Below, piece after piece: positions 37,301 to 49,300 of a stretch of DNA of 64,000 bases. The position numbers and the translations under genes are program-made. Every line of letters begins with the position of its first letter. Positions within the stretch are counted from its first letter, which is position 1. This stretch comes from Haliotis cracherodii (taxonomy: Eukaryota). The notes beneath the pieces are model-generated. The model searched no databases. It worked only from the letters and a program-made list of their open reading frames with translations, and was not told the origin of the DNA. Location: the NCBI RefSeq assembly GCF_022045235.1, contig NW_027266297.1, positions 68,076,001 to 68,140,000 on the forward strand, given 5' to 3'.

Positions 37301-40300
37301 TAGCAAGATATCAATATTTTGATTTATCATGACACCCCTACATTGTAGCATTGTATACAAAGCCTGTCCAAGTTAGAACAGCTGCAATTAATTTTACTTT
37401 GAGTGTTTTGATATTTTAAAAAGTGCCGGTTGTCCACTGGATATATCCTGAAAATTGAATATGTTTTTATTGTCTGTGATTTCCGGAATGGATTTTTTAA
37501 TGTTACATATTTTCTTTGCATTTTCAACGTGTTCTACTCTTTGGTGGTCTCTAATAATGAATTGTACCAAAAGGTTAAATCTGTAAATGTGTTTTGTAGA
37601 TGGAGATGGTATGATGTTCAGTATCGACCGATTAGACAATCGACCTAGTAGTGCTTCCACCCTGAAGAACCTGGCACCTGGTGATGTGATGATTCCCATA
37701 CTGGTAAGCAATGGAATATGGCGATATCTTTTTACTCCATACAGTGCTGTTTAGTGATATCATCCGGATTTCACATTTCAGGATTAATGAATAATTTTTG
37801 CAGAGTAATGTCCTTGGATGGAGATGTTACTACAATATCCGACCAGGAACCTAATTTACTGTGCCAAAGTCACACCTGTTCAGTACATGCAAATATTTAC
37901 AACTAATTCTGTTCAGTTGTTCATGGTATATTCTTGATCTGCCAATCATAATTTTGAAAATGTGTAGGTTAGTTTTATGTAAATTTCTGCTGTAGATTTA
38001 ACAACAAATATGTATGTAGCCAGCAGGGCTTGCTCCTTTTAAAAATTACTGGCCCTTCTCCAAACTAACTGGCCTACAACTTTATGGTGGGGGCGAAGTA
38101 GACCAACCTGTGGTCGCGTTGCCACCTAGCGGGGCTCTGAAATCTTTAGAACTCCTCACCACTGATACACCTTTTCCTGCACTCTGAGATTAAATCTTGG
38201 CTTCCAGTTGACTCATTTCATGGGGATTTATGAGCAAATAATGATGTTGTACACAACCTTACAAAATGGTGGCTGGTTGTCATTTCACCGAGATGATCAA
38301 CATATATCTTTCTTTGAGTTAATGAGACCTCATCCCCCCTAAATATTTTCTCATCAAAATTGCATCATTCATGACACAATATGGAGAAGCATCGAAATTT
38401 TGACTAGCCAGACGGGCCATGTACATAAGATTTCAGCAAGCCCTTTGTAATATTACCTGGACACGGGCCCATGGGCCAGCAGTTAAATCGACTCCTGCAC
38501 TTGTATTGTCATATTTCATATTTTATGTTCTTATTTTTGTGTGTGTAAAATTGTCTTATTGTGGATTTCATTAATATTAATTCTCCCCTGTGTTGTGGCA
38601 GATGAGTGTTAATGGCGGTTCTAGAGGTGGCAGCTCAGTGGAAGACTATACTAATGCACTCAAGGTAGGTACATGGAGACAGCATTTCCGATCTGAACAA
38701 CTTATTTCCTTTTAAGAGGGGGGGCACGGGTGGCCCAGTCGTCTAAGGCACCGCGATTCGCTGTGCAGAGTTGCGTACCTTGGGCACGCCAGAAACCTAT
38801 GATTGTGGGTTCAAATCCTGGTTCGCCCTGATTATGTTTCTAGGTTTGTCAGCACCATACCCGTGCTCGTGGGTTTCACCGCAGTGGTAAACGTCTGAGA
38901 CCTGCATCACTTCGGGCTTTCCTCCCACATTAAGCTGACACGCCGTGATATAACTGGAATACCCTGAAAAGCGGTGTTAAACCAAACTCACTCACTCACT
39001 CCTTTTAAGAGAGTCTCATTTGTGATCTCATGTTATTGCAGTGAAAGAATGCAAGTCCTATAAGACCTCATCTCATACAAAATCAAATCTTCATATTGTT
39101 TGTTTGGAAAGACTCAGTATTTAATCTATCATTCTTGTTTGTTTCAGTTACTAAAACAGCGCTGTGAGAGCAAAGAGACTGTGGATGTGTGTAACTTCCT
39201 ACTCACCAAGGGCTGGTGTAACTTCTATAGTCGAGGGGACCAGTCCATCGCTCACCTTGACTTTGATGTTGTCACATTAAACACAGTCATCAAGGCATCT
39301 CCCATAGTACCAGTGCCCATTGTACCTACAGCCCTGTCTAAGAACCTTTCAGGACCCAGGAGTATCAGCCATGTGCAGGGAACTCCCAAGAGTGGGTAAG
39401 TTGGATGTACTTTTCCTTCATCAACTTGATCTTTCTTGTTCTACTGTACTTTTGACAAGGTACATATTGTGAGATGTCGGTGTAAGAATTGTATGGCAAT
39501 GATCAGCAAAAACCTTTCTAGAAGAGATATCAGATTTGTTTGGTTTGTTGTTAAATGCTGTACTCGGCAATATTCCAGCTGTATGTTGGCAACTTGCATC
39601 AAGCAGGTGATGGCTGGCAGTCGACCAAGCCTGACAACCTGATCCATTTAGTCTCTTTGTCCAACTAGCATAGCTTGACAGTACAACATAGATGACCAGA
39701 TACAAATTGTATCAATGTCTTACTGATGAAGGTAATATCTTGTGCTGGAAACAATATCTAGTTCATGATATTGGTAAACCTCTATGTATTTGTGGCTGTA
39801 CAATCAGTGACTGTTGTTTGCCTGCTATTGATGCTTTATGTTTGATTGTGCCAGCTACCTTACAATGGACCACACTCGGAAACTGTTACTGGTCCTCGAA
39901 TCGGATCCCAAAGTGCTTAATCTTCCAGTTGTTGGCATGTAAGTCAAATTCTTTGTTTGTTTCCATTTACTGTGCTCTTCACAGCAAAGACTGGCATCCA
40001 TTGAACTGTCCTCTTCTCTCACCCTCGAAAATCCGAAATGGACAAGACCAAACACTATCACTACAAGAATGTGTGTTCTTGCATGCATTGTAAGAAATTA
40101 AAAGGGCCTGATAATTACTGACCAATACTATTTCATTTGTGTGGACTAATAATTCATTATGGAAATTGGTTTAGGTCTGTAAGGAAAATTCCTACTGATC
40201 TGTAAAGTATGTTCTGTTGTTAAATTTTCAGCTGGGTGTCCGGTGTTGCGATGATTCACCATCCGTTTGTGTGGGCTAGCTGTGTTCGCTACCTCCATAA

Positions 40301-43300
40301 CAAGGTCCTGCAAGACAGGTAGGTCACATTGCTTATTAAAGTCGGACTAGAGATAAAACATCCAACAATGTGTTGTCATTATCAGATAAATGTGGATTAC
40401 AAATACGATATGAAGAAAGTAGTTGCTCTTCCTTCATTTATGTTGGGGGGGGGGGGGGGGGGGGGGGAGACATTTTCATGCATCTGATTCTGCAAATGGT
40501 TATTTACTCGTACAATTTTTTTTTAATTTTATAAGTGTTAACAGCATTTCTGGCTACATGTTCTGGACTATAACCTGGCAATTCTACTAGCTAATATAAA
40601 TGAGAACATTTTCATATCTTTAAGTTATATTTATGGTGTAGGCAAAGTATTTAATGCCTACCTGTGTGGTTTTGGGCTGACATTGATTTGATCTGCCTTG
40701 TAGGGTGTGTAGTCCGCCGGAAGGGTTCTTAGTGGTGCTTTACAGCCCACTCCATTCTCGTCCAGAGTTCTATGATTGCAACACTACCACTGGAAACAAC
40801 AAGCTCAGCTTTGACCTGTATGGTGGATATGAAGCAACAAACCTCAACACAGTAAGACATTTCTTTCATGAATTATATACCCTGTGGCAACCCTGGGTTA
40901 GACTAGGTACCTAACAACCTGTGCTGGTGACCAAGTGGATTGGGTTGTCAGACTCGGTGACTTCTGTGATTGCATGTCATGGTACCCTGATAGTCGACCG
41001 TTTATCACAACATAGATCACTGGAATGTCCAGAGTGAGGCATTAAACAACAACAAACAATCATGAATCATAGCTGTTTTGTTATCAGTGATTTGTAGTTA
41101 TCTTCTTTCATGATCACTTTCTGATAGAAAACGTCAAACCAGTTAGGTACCTACCTCATCCCATTGGTCAGACTGTTAGTCCAGCTGAACATGCACAAAA
41201 CTGGGTTTGATTCCTCACATTGGTAAATGTTGTCCCTGCTAAGATATATGACAAAAGAATGAATAAAAAATAGAGCTGACTTGAGTCCGCAAATTGATAT
41301 CCAGTAATCATGGTATGATAGAGATTAGACTGGATACACTGGGGACAAGAGACTGATGGTCAGTGTGTTGCCTTGTAGAGTTCCGTGAGTCTACAGAATG
41401 GCCTGCTGGAGTGTGAGCTGACCAGTGTCCAGCAGGGGAAGAAGCGGGAATTGTTTGATGCTGCCCTCACCCACTGTAAACAGCCAATGTGAGTTGGAGT
41501 TGCTCTTATACATAATACCTAGATCCCTGTGTTGAAAATATGGAACAATCCTTGGTTATTGGTTTGTGTTCATATCAGTCCAGTCAGAGTGAGAAAATTA
41601 AGAAAACCATCACGACTAGGTATCTACTAATGTTTTTAACAAAAATAAAGGGTTTAACTGGGTCACTGCTTCCAAGTTTTGTTTAAAGATGAAACATTTC
41701 ATGTTTTCAGCCTTGATCATGTTGATGTAGCAAGACGATTTCTATGGATGAACAACTTCTTTATGACAATTAGTGCGACGTTTCGGTGTAGATCCTAACA
41801 CCTTTATCAAGTCACTTGCTTGATAAAGGTGTTAGGATCTATACCGAAACGTCGCACTAATTGTAATAAAGAAGTTGTTCATCCATAGAACTCGTCTTAC
41901 TTCATCACACCAACTTCTAAATGCCACTTAAAGAAGACATGTTGATGTAGTTCTTAATAGTCCTAAGCTTGTCCACCTTGATGTTAAGATTTACATTCTT
42001 ATTATTTTGTCATGTTGTGAAAACTAGTATAGATGAGTGTTTATGTTGAAGCAGGAGTGAAGTGTGTCCTCAGACCCAGAAAGAAGAGCGTGGTACAGGT
42101 TCAGAAGATATTGTGCCCAGATCAATGCCAGCTCCACATCAGGCCAGGGTAAGCCTAGACAGTGTTAGAGACTAAGCGATGTTCTAGGGTCTTTGAGTTT
42201 GGTTTTGTTGTAGTATGTCAGTCCAAAGACCCCCTAAAATGAAGTTGTGTCAGGTCCAGCTGAAGAAATAATTGTTCGAACCAGTTACAATGCAGACCCG
42301 TTCGCACAGCGCCCACATGACCACGGAAGTGATGACATCACTATGTTCATATTACTGGTTGTCACCAGACTGACTGTTCAACAAATTTGTCCAGCAAATT
42401 TGTGTTACCTGTTTTTTACATTGTTTATGAATATATGTGAATATCTCCTATCATCGAGTTGGTGTTTTCATGTTCTACCATGTATTTTTGCCAGAGCATT
42501 AATATTTTTAATGTGAGGGTGACTTGTCATCGTAATTCTTATGTGGTTTGTTGTTCCTGTCAGCCATTTTGCGTGGTATTGTACATGGAGGCACGTGTTT
42601 TCTGTGCTTATTTATGGATTGGTATTGCTTACCTAAAGCCTCTCCTTAGCTTCTAACTTGTGTTTACATGTTAAACAGCATCACTGTAATCCTTAAACCC
42701 TACAAATTGGGTTCAAACATTGGATTATTATCCCTTATATTTGAGTTCATTTGGTCGTTGCAACTTCTGCTTTGATTGCAGATTTATGTTTGCCTGTTGC
42801 GTCCATTGTTGTGGAAAAAAGTCATTTGAGGACCATCACCCACTGTGTCTTGATTGTACTGGTATCTGTTTGATGGGACAGAAGTGTCACTTTTGTTCTG
42901 CATTATCCCCGCTTTACCTGCTTTACCAAGTATATCCAGGTATCCAGAAAGCGCCTTGCACAGCAGCCCCTACGGCACAAAAAGATGATGTTGGACTCAC
43001 ATGAATCTGTTGTTCAGGAGACGCCAGAGACCCCTTTTGTTGTGTCCCAGCTGTCGATCTTTGTTTTGATTCTCTAGAAGGACTCGGACAAGATGTGAAT
43101 GATACACAATCTAACCATATTCAACAAGCTATACCTAGAACGTCCTCCATACTTCCAAATGACAACTTTAAGACTGCTCAGGACTAGAATCAAGGCCAAC
43201 GATTACCTGATCACTCTTGATTTGCAGGATGTGTACCTGCATGTATCTATCCATCCCAGCGACTGCCGATTCCTCGGGTTCCAATTCAAAGGTGTCCACT

Positions 43301-46300
43301 ACCAATACGCAGTTGTCACAATTGGCATTTCAGGGGCCCTGTGGCTATTTACTTGCAACACCAAGCCAGTGGCCTCCTACCTCCACCTGATGAACATTCG
43401 GTTCCAATTCTACATAGACGATTGTCTACTGAGCCATCTGGGTTGGTGACCCTGCTCCTTCGCCAGGATTTATCAGGTGTCTGTTCCATCAGCATCAGAA
43501 GGCCAAGTTTCATCCACCCGCATGGGATCTGAACGTGGTACTTCGGTTTCTGCATTTCAAGCCTCTCCATGTAACTTCCTTCTTTAACCTCACCAAGAAA
43601 ACGATCTTCCTCTTAGTGTTGGCTACAGTGGGAAGGGTCAGCGAGCTACATGCACTCAACATTACCAGTGTTCGCTTTTAGCACAGAGCAGGGAGCAATT
43701 CACCTCGGACAACCTGACAGGTCCTTCACCATACGACCTCTCTCCTCAATTGTGGGCTTTGAAGATGAAGAACTAAGTGTTTTTATCCATTGCGCCAGGA
43801 CTCTATGTGGTGCCCGAAAACGGCTGTTCGTTCACGTCTTCTAGACATCAATGACTGAAGTCAGCCACAATATCATATCCCTATGGTTACGTGCCATCAT
43901 CCTTCAGTCGTATGAGGCCGCTGGCCTTCATCCTCTTGAGTCAACAATCATGAGATCTGGCAGTCGCCTCTATGATGGCTCTCCACTGTAATTGCTACAT
44001 CAGAACCATCATGGAAGGATGCTTTTGGAGATCTGACCTGAGGGACATGGCCTTGAAAGACGTCAAAGGTGTACACAGTTTTGGTCCTCGGGTCCTCCGG
44101 CAGGTCACCAATCCTATATGCCAATAACATCTCCATCTGTCCAGAGCCAGCACTGGCCCAGTAAGTCAGTTTTCATACTCGAGGGCAAGCTGTTTTCTAT
44201 TGCTGCATTTTACCTGGACCTCCTTAAACTATTGTTCTTTCCGCGGACAGGATTGGAAAAGTGGCTGCCAATCTTCATAAGTCATGTACTGGACAGCTGT
44301 CTAGACGTTCCCTGGACCACATCTGAAAATATGCCCACCACCGTACAGAGTAATGCAGGATAAGTTAGAAACAATTTAAGTAAAATCTAAATATATTTTT
44401 CACATTTGTATATTTATCCTGCATTACTACGTCTAAGGGCCCACCCTTCGCAGATCTGCCGCCCCACCCTTCGCAGATCTGCCACCCCACAATGTCTGCA
44501 GATGTTATGATTCAAGAAGCAATGTGAAGTTACGTGACGTCCTCACTTCCGTTGGCGCTGTACGATGAGGTCTGGGCTTTTTCTTCAGCTGGACCTCACA
44601 CAGCTTTGTTTTTCTGTCAAAAGAAAAATATTTAAATTTTACTAAATTTGTATAGTAGATTAATATAAACATGATAAAGTAATAGATGGTATATAAAAGA
44701 AAATGTTTTTCATAAATTGTTTACTTGATGTTAATTAATGTTTTTCAAAATTAATGGTAACAATGTTTACATTTTCAGATGTTTTCAGCACAGCCAATGG
44801 TACCCGAGGTTTCTTTGTATTTTCCTGATTCTCCATCACAAAATATGCCATCCACTCTTCGATCAGAGGCTGGGAAATCTCATGGTCAGGGTCCTAACAA
44901 GCACTCACAAGTGCCACAAGACTTGGTCAGGCATATGACGTTCAGTCCTCCTGTGACACCAAGAAATGGTGTTGATGCTGATCCCTCCACTCCCAGGAGC
45001 CTTCCAGAGATGTCACACAGTGGGATACCCCGACCACACAAACATGTTGCATTTACCAGGGTGGATGAAGAGTCTCAGCCAAACTCTATTCCACCTTCTC
45101 AGGGTCACAGAATGATGAATGGAGGTCACAGTGTTAATATGGGTGGTGTAATGCATGGACAATACTATCAGGGTCCCTACATGCAAAATGGACATCAGCA
45201 GCAGAATTCTGTGCCAAGTGGATGTGAAAATAATGTTCAGGGTTACAATCAAGCTGAGCAGTATAGGCAGTGTACCAAACAGGGTGTGGTTGATGCCAGA
45301 ATGACTCAACATGTTCAGAATGCATATGTTAACCAAAGTGTCCAGGATTTAAACATTAACCAGAACTGTTATCCACACAATCAAACAAGACATTTGAATG
45401 GAAATGCTCCACAGCATTCTGTTATACCTCCTCATCAGTTAAATAGTGCTCTTCCCCTCCCACATGTACAGCAGCCCTCTCACAAGCCCCAACCTACAGC
45501 CCAGCAAACCAGCATTCCACCTTCTGGGCCTCACCTACCCCACCAGAGCGTGCCTGTACCCCAGGGGTATCACCCCCAGCCAACACAGCCTCCATCTGCT
45601 CCACTCTCAGCACCTACCTCGGCTTCCAGTGTACCCACTCAATACACACAACTCAATAGTGCTTTTACTCCTAACCCTCACCAAGGAGGGCTTATACCTC
45701 ACCACCCCCAGCAAGTGACAGGGTATCCTCCCCAGCAGAATCTGCTTGGTTTTGTACCTCAGCTCCAGACTTCCTATTCATCTAGTCGAGTTCACACAGA
45801 AAGCACTTGTAGTGGTAAATCTAGTGATGACAGTGGTCTTAGTGTCACACCAGACAGGTCCAACCCATCTCCTAAAACAGGCAGCCCCAACACACCAGAC
45901 AAGACCAACTCTAATCTCCCATCTGGGATAGACACTATAAACTGGGAACAGGTTCCCCCTGAGATCTATCAGTTAATCTTGGCCCAGAATGCTCAACTTC
46001 AGCAACTACAAACTCAGATGCAGCAGCTCTTGAAGCAACAGTCGCCTGTCGAGACTACACCAACACCACGCACAGTTCAAACGGAATCTGGGATTGGGGT
46101 GTCACCAAGTACAAGAGAGACATGTGAAACAGCTGTCAACACAACACTGTTCTTCCCCAGCCCTGGAGAAACCACGCTTCGCCATGGTGTCCAATCAGTG
46201 TCCATGCAGACCAGTCCAGTAAAGACAAAATCACCACAGTCTTCAACGACGGTCCACCATCAACAAGGACCAGAATCCCAGCCCAGCAGCTCCACACAAA

Positions 46301-49300
46301 CCCCCGTGGAGATCCGGCACAAGGGAGCCCTACCCCTCAACAGCACACAGCGAGATGACAATGACCAGCATGACATCACACAGGGCGACCTGACAGCTGT
46401 GGTGGACAACATCGGTCTACACAATCAGACAGTTGATAGTGTCCAGTCTGAGCTCATCCTGGACATGCCTAGCTACCAGTCTTCACCTACCAGGTGGGTA
46501 ACACTAACAACACAATCATGCAATAAATAGTGCAGGCAGACCTAAGCAGCAGGGCTATGTTACAGTATGCTACTCAAATAAGCTCTTTCTTATCTGAGGT
46601 TTGGAACAGGTGGCTACTTTGTCTAAGCCATCACAATTTACTATGCCAAGTAATGTCCAATAGGCATGTCTGGATCCTGTTATTGTGGGTTCCAATCTAG
46701 ATTTGTCGTGATTATGACCCTTGTTGTCAGCACCATGCCCCTGGATTCAGGAAGGTACTAAATATTCAAGACCTGCATCACTTTGGGCTTACCTCCCATT
46801 TAGCTGACATGTCTTGTAACAACAGAATACTGCTCACCTGTGGTTCATGCTGGTGTTATAATAGTATCTGCTGCAGTAAGTGTTCTATGTATTCTTGTAT
46901 GTGTGTAGTTGTTGGTCAGGTTCATGTTTGGCAGATGTGAATGTTTGGTTGCCTTGTGCTTTAATATTTGTTGACATTTCCAGTCGTTCGCCAAAAGAGT
47001 CTGGGTCTCTTGACGGCAGCTATCAGACAAGCCCCATCAGTGCCAGCATGTGTGGCAACAGCAAGGTGAGCCTTCAAACAGTCTTATTTAACTATCATGT
47101 CAGAAAGCATTGTTCGGCTAAAAATGTCTTGGTTCTCAGGCACTGCCGCATCATCATAAAGTCTGCTGTATGTATCATTTTAGTTCCATTTTCACCTGGG
47201 CAGTGAAATGCTGCATTAGTAAAAACAACATGATCCAATATAGCGTGCAGTTACTTCCCTTTATATGTGCACTGTGTGTGATGGTCATGTCAACCGTAGA
47301 AGCTTGTTTTGGCGTTTACAAATTTGGTACTTTAAGACATGAAAATTAAGATAAAATATCACATAGCATGATGATTTACAAATTCAATGGTGTTTGTGTA
47401 CAGTATGCCAGACAATGTTTGATACGCAGAGATTAAGATTATGTGTGTGTCAGCTGTCCACACATTTTCTCCTTCATCTATTGGTGATGTAGTTTTAGAA
47501 TACTTAATATCATGGCAAATATCATGAAAAGAAATTTCAACACAGTGATAGGAAGACCGAAGACTTTGTATCTCTAATGACTAATGTATATTTCAAGGCG
47601 AGTTCATGGTGAGTTGAAGTGATTTGCCGATCAGTTCATACATGATTTCACCAAAATTAATGTAAACAAAATTGAATGAAATCTTGGATAAACATAATAT
47701 ATTAGATCACAAACAATACACAATGAACATGTTTATAGCCAGGTAGTGTAATATCAGGAGTAACTTATGTATTTCAGTACAGATTTATTGACATCCTACT
47801 TCTGGTGTTATGTGCTCATGGTGACGTTTTGAAATAAAATTGCAGCTCATTGTATGCGTGTATTATGCACACATTGGTAGTCATACGGTAGTCAAGTACT
47901 GTATTCTAGTGTACCCTATTATTTTTGTTATTTTCAATCTGTTTGATATTAAAAGCAATGTATGTATATTGTGGTATTGTAAGACTTTTCCATGATCACA
48001 AGTTTTAAAATAATTGTATTATAATGAGATTGTAAAATTGTGTCAAGAAAATTAATACTAATTCACTGGATTTTGTTTTGAAAATAAGACACAGGTGACC
48101 ATGAAAACATATATGCATCAGCTATTAATCACACAAAGCTGGTAAACAGGGCAGATTTTGTTGTGTGCTCTTGATAGCATACATTCGATAAGATGAAGAT
48201 TCAAAGAAGTTGAGTTCTGTGCTTTGCAATACATGTAGCAACAAAGCTTGGTCTTCCTGACCACCACTAGCTGCTTCAGATTGGACCAAGAGACAAATCT
48301 ATTAGTATTTTACTCATCAACAGATCAAGGAATACATTTATGTAGGGAGGCCATTTCCCAGGTTGATTGTACACAACTGTTTATTTGGTTACATACTAGG
48401 TTGAACAAAAAAAAAAAGTGGGGCCACCTGCCGAGACTATATTTTCAAAAGTCATTGCCTGATTACCAAGTCTTTTAGTTTTTGTAGCCTTAAGGTTGTG
48501 GGAAAGAGTACCCCCAAGAAGTCAGTTTGGGTCTTAAAGAAGAAATAGAATAGTTGCAGTGTGTTTTACTAGAGGCGGAAGGCGAGGACTTCAAATATTA
48601 AAGAAGACGAACAATTGCAGACATTAAACTTGTTGTCCTAGATATCATGAAGTTGCACATATGCACTTTAATTCTACAGGAATCGTCTTCCCAGGGGGAG
48701 GAAGGAGAGAGTGAGGTTCTGGATGAAGCTTACTATGAACACTTGCTGGTAAGATCATTGAGATGTGAAGATGAATTGAAGCAACACCAACTATTTACCA
48801 CATGTGTTCTCATGTACTCGCTTGTGTTTGGGGGCACGGGTGGCGCAGTCGTCTAAGGCGCCGCGATTAGCTGTGCCAAGTTGTGTCCCTTTGGCATGCC
48901 AGAAACCTATGATTGTGGGTTTGAATCCCGGTTCGCCCTGATTATGTTTCTAGGTTTGTCAGCACCATACCCGTGCTCGTGGGTTTCATGGATGTGGTAA
49001 ACGTCAGAGACCTGCATCACTTTGGGCTTTCCTCCCACGTTAAGCTGACACGCCAAAATATAACTGGAATATTGTTAAAAGCGGCGTTAAACCAAACTCC
49101 CTCACTCCCTCCCTCACTCACTCACTCACTCACTTGTGTTTCTAAAATTGGTTGTCAAACAAATAGTTTATTATACAAAGTCTGTTTAAAGTGATGGGAA
49201 CAGAAACACATTTGTGATCAATATACATTTTGCAAATGAGAACCTCCTGCATATAAATGCATACAAAATGTATATTAAATAGTGCGTAAGGTTAAATCTG

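Noticed and set aside
44779-46530. 583-aa ORF as a stand-alone gene
   Set aside because: Its ATG directly follows a splice acceptor and it joins upstream and downstream STIL exons in frame.
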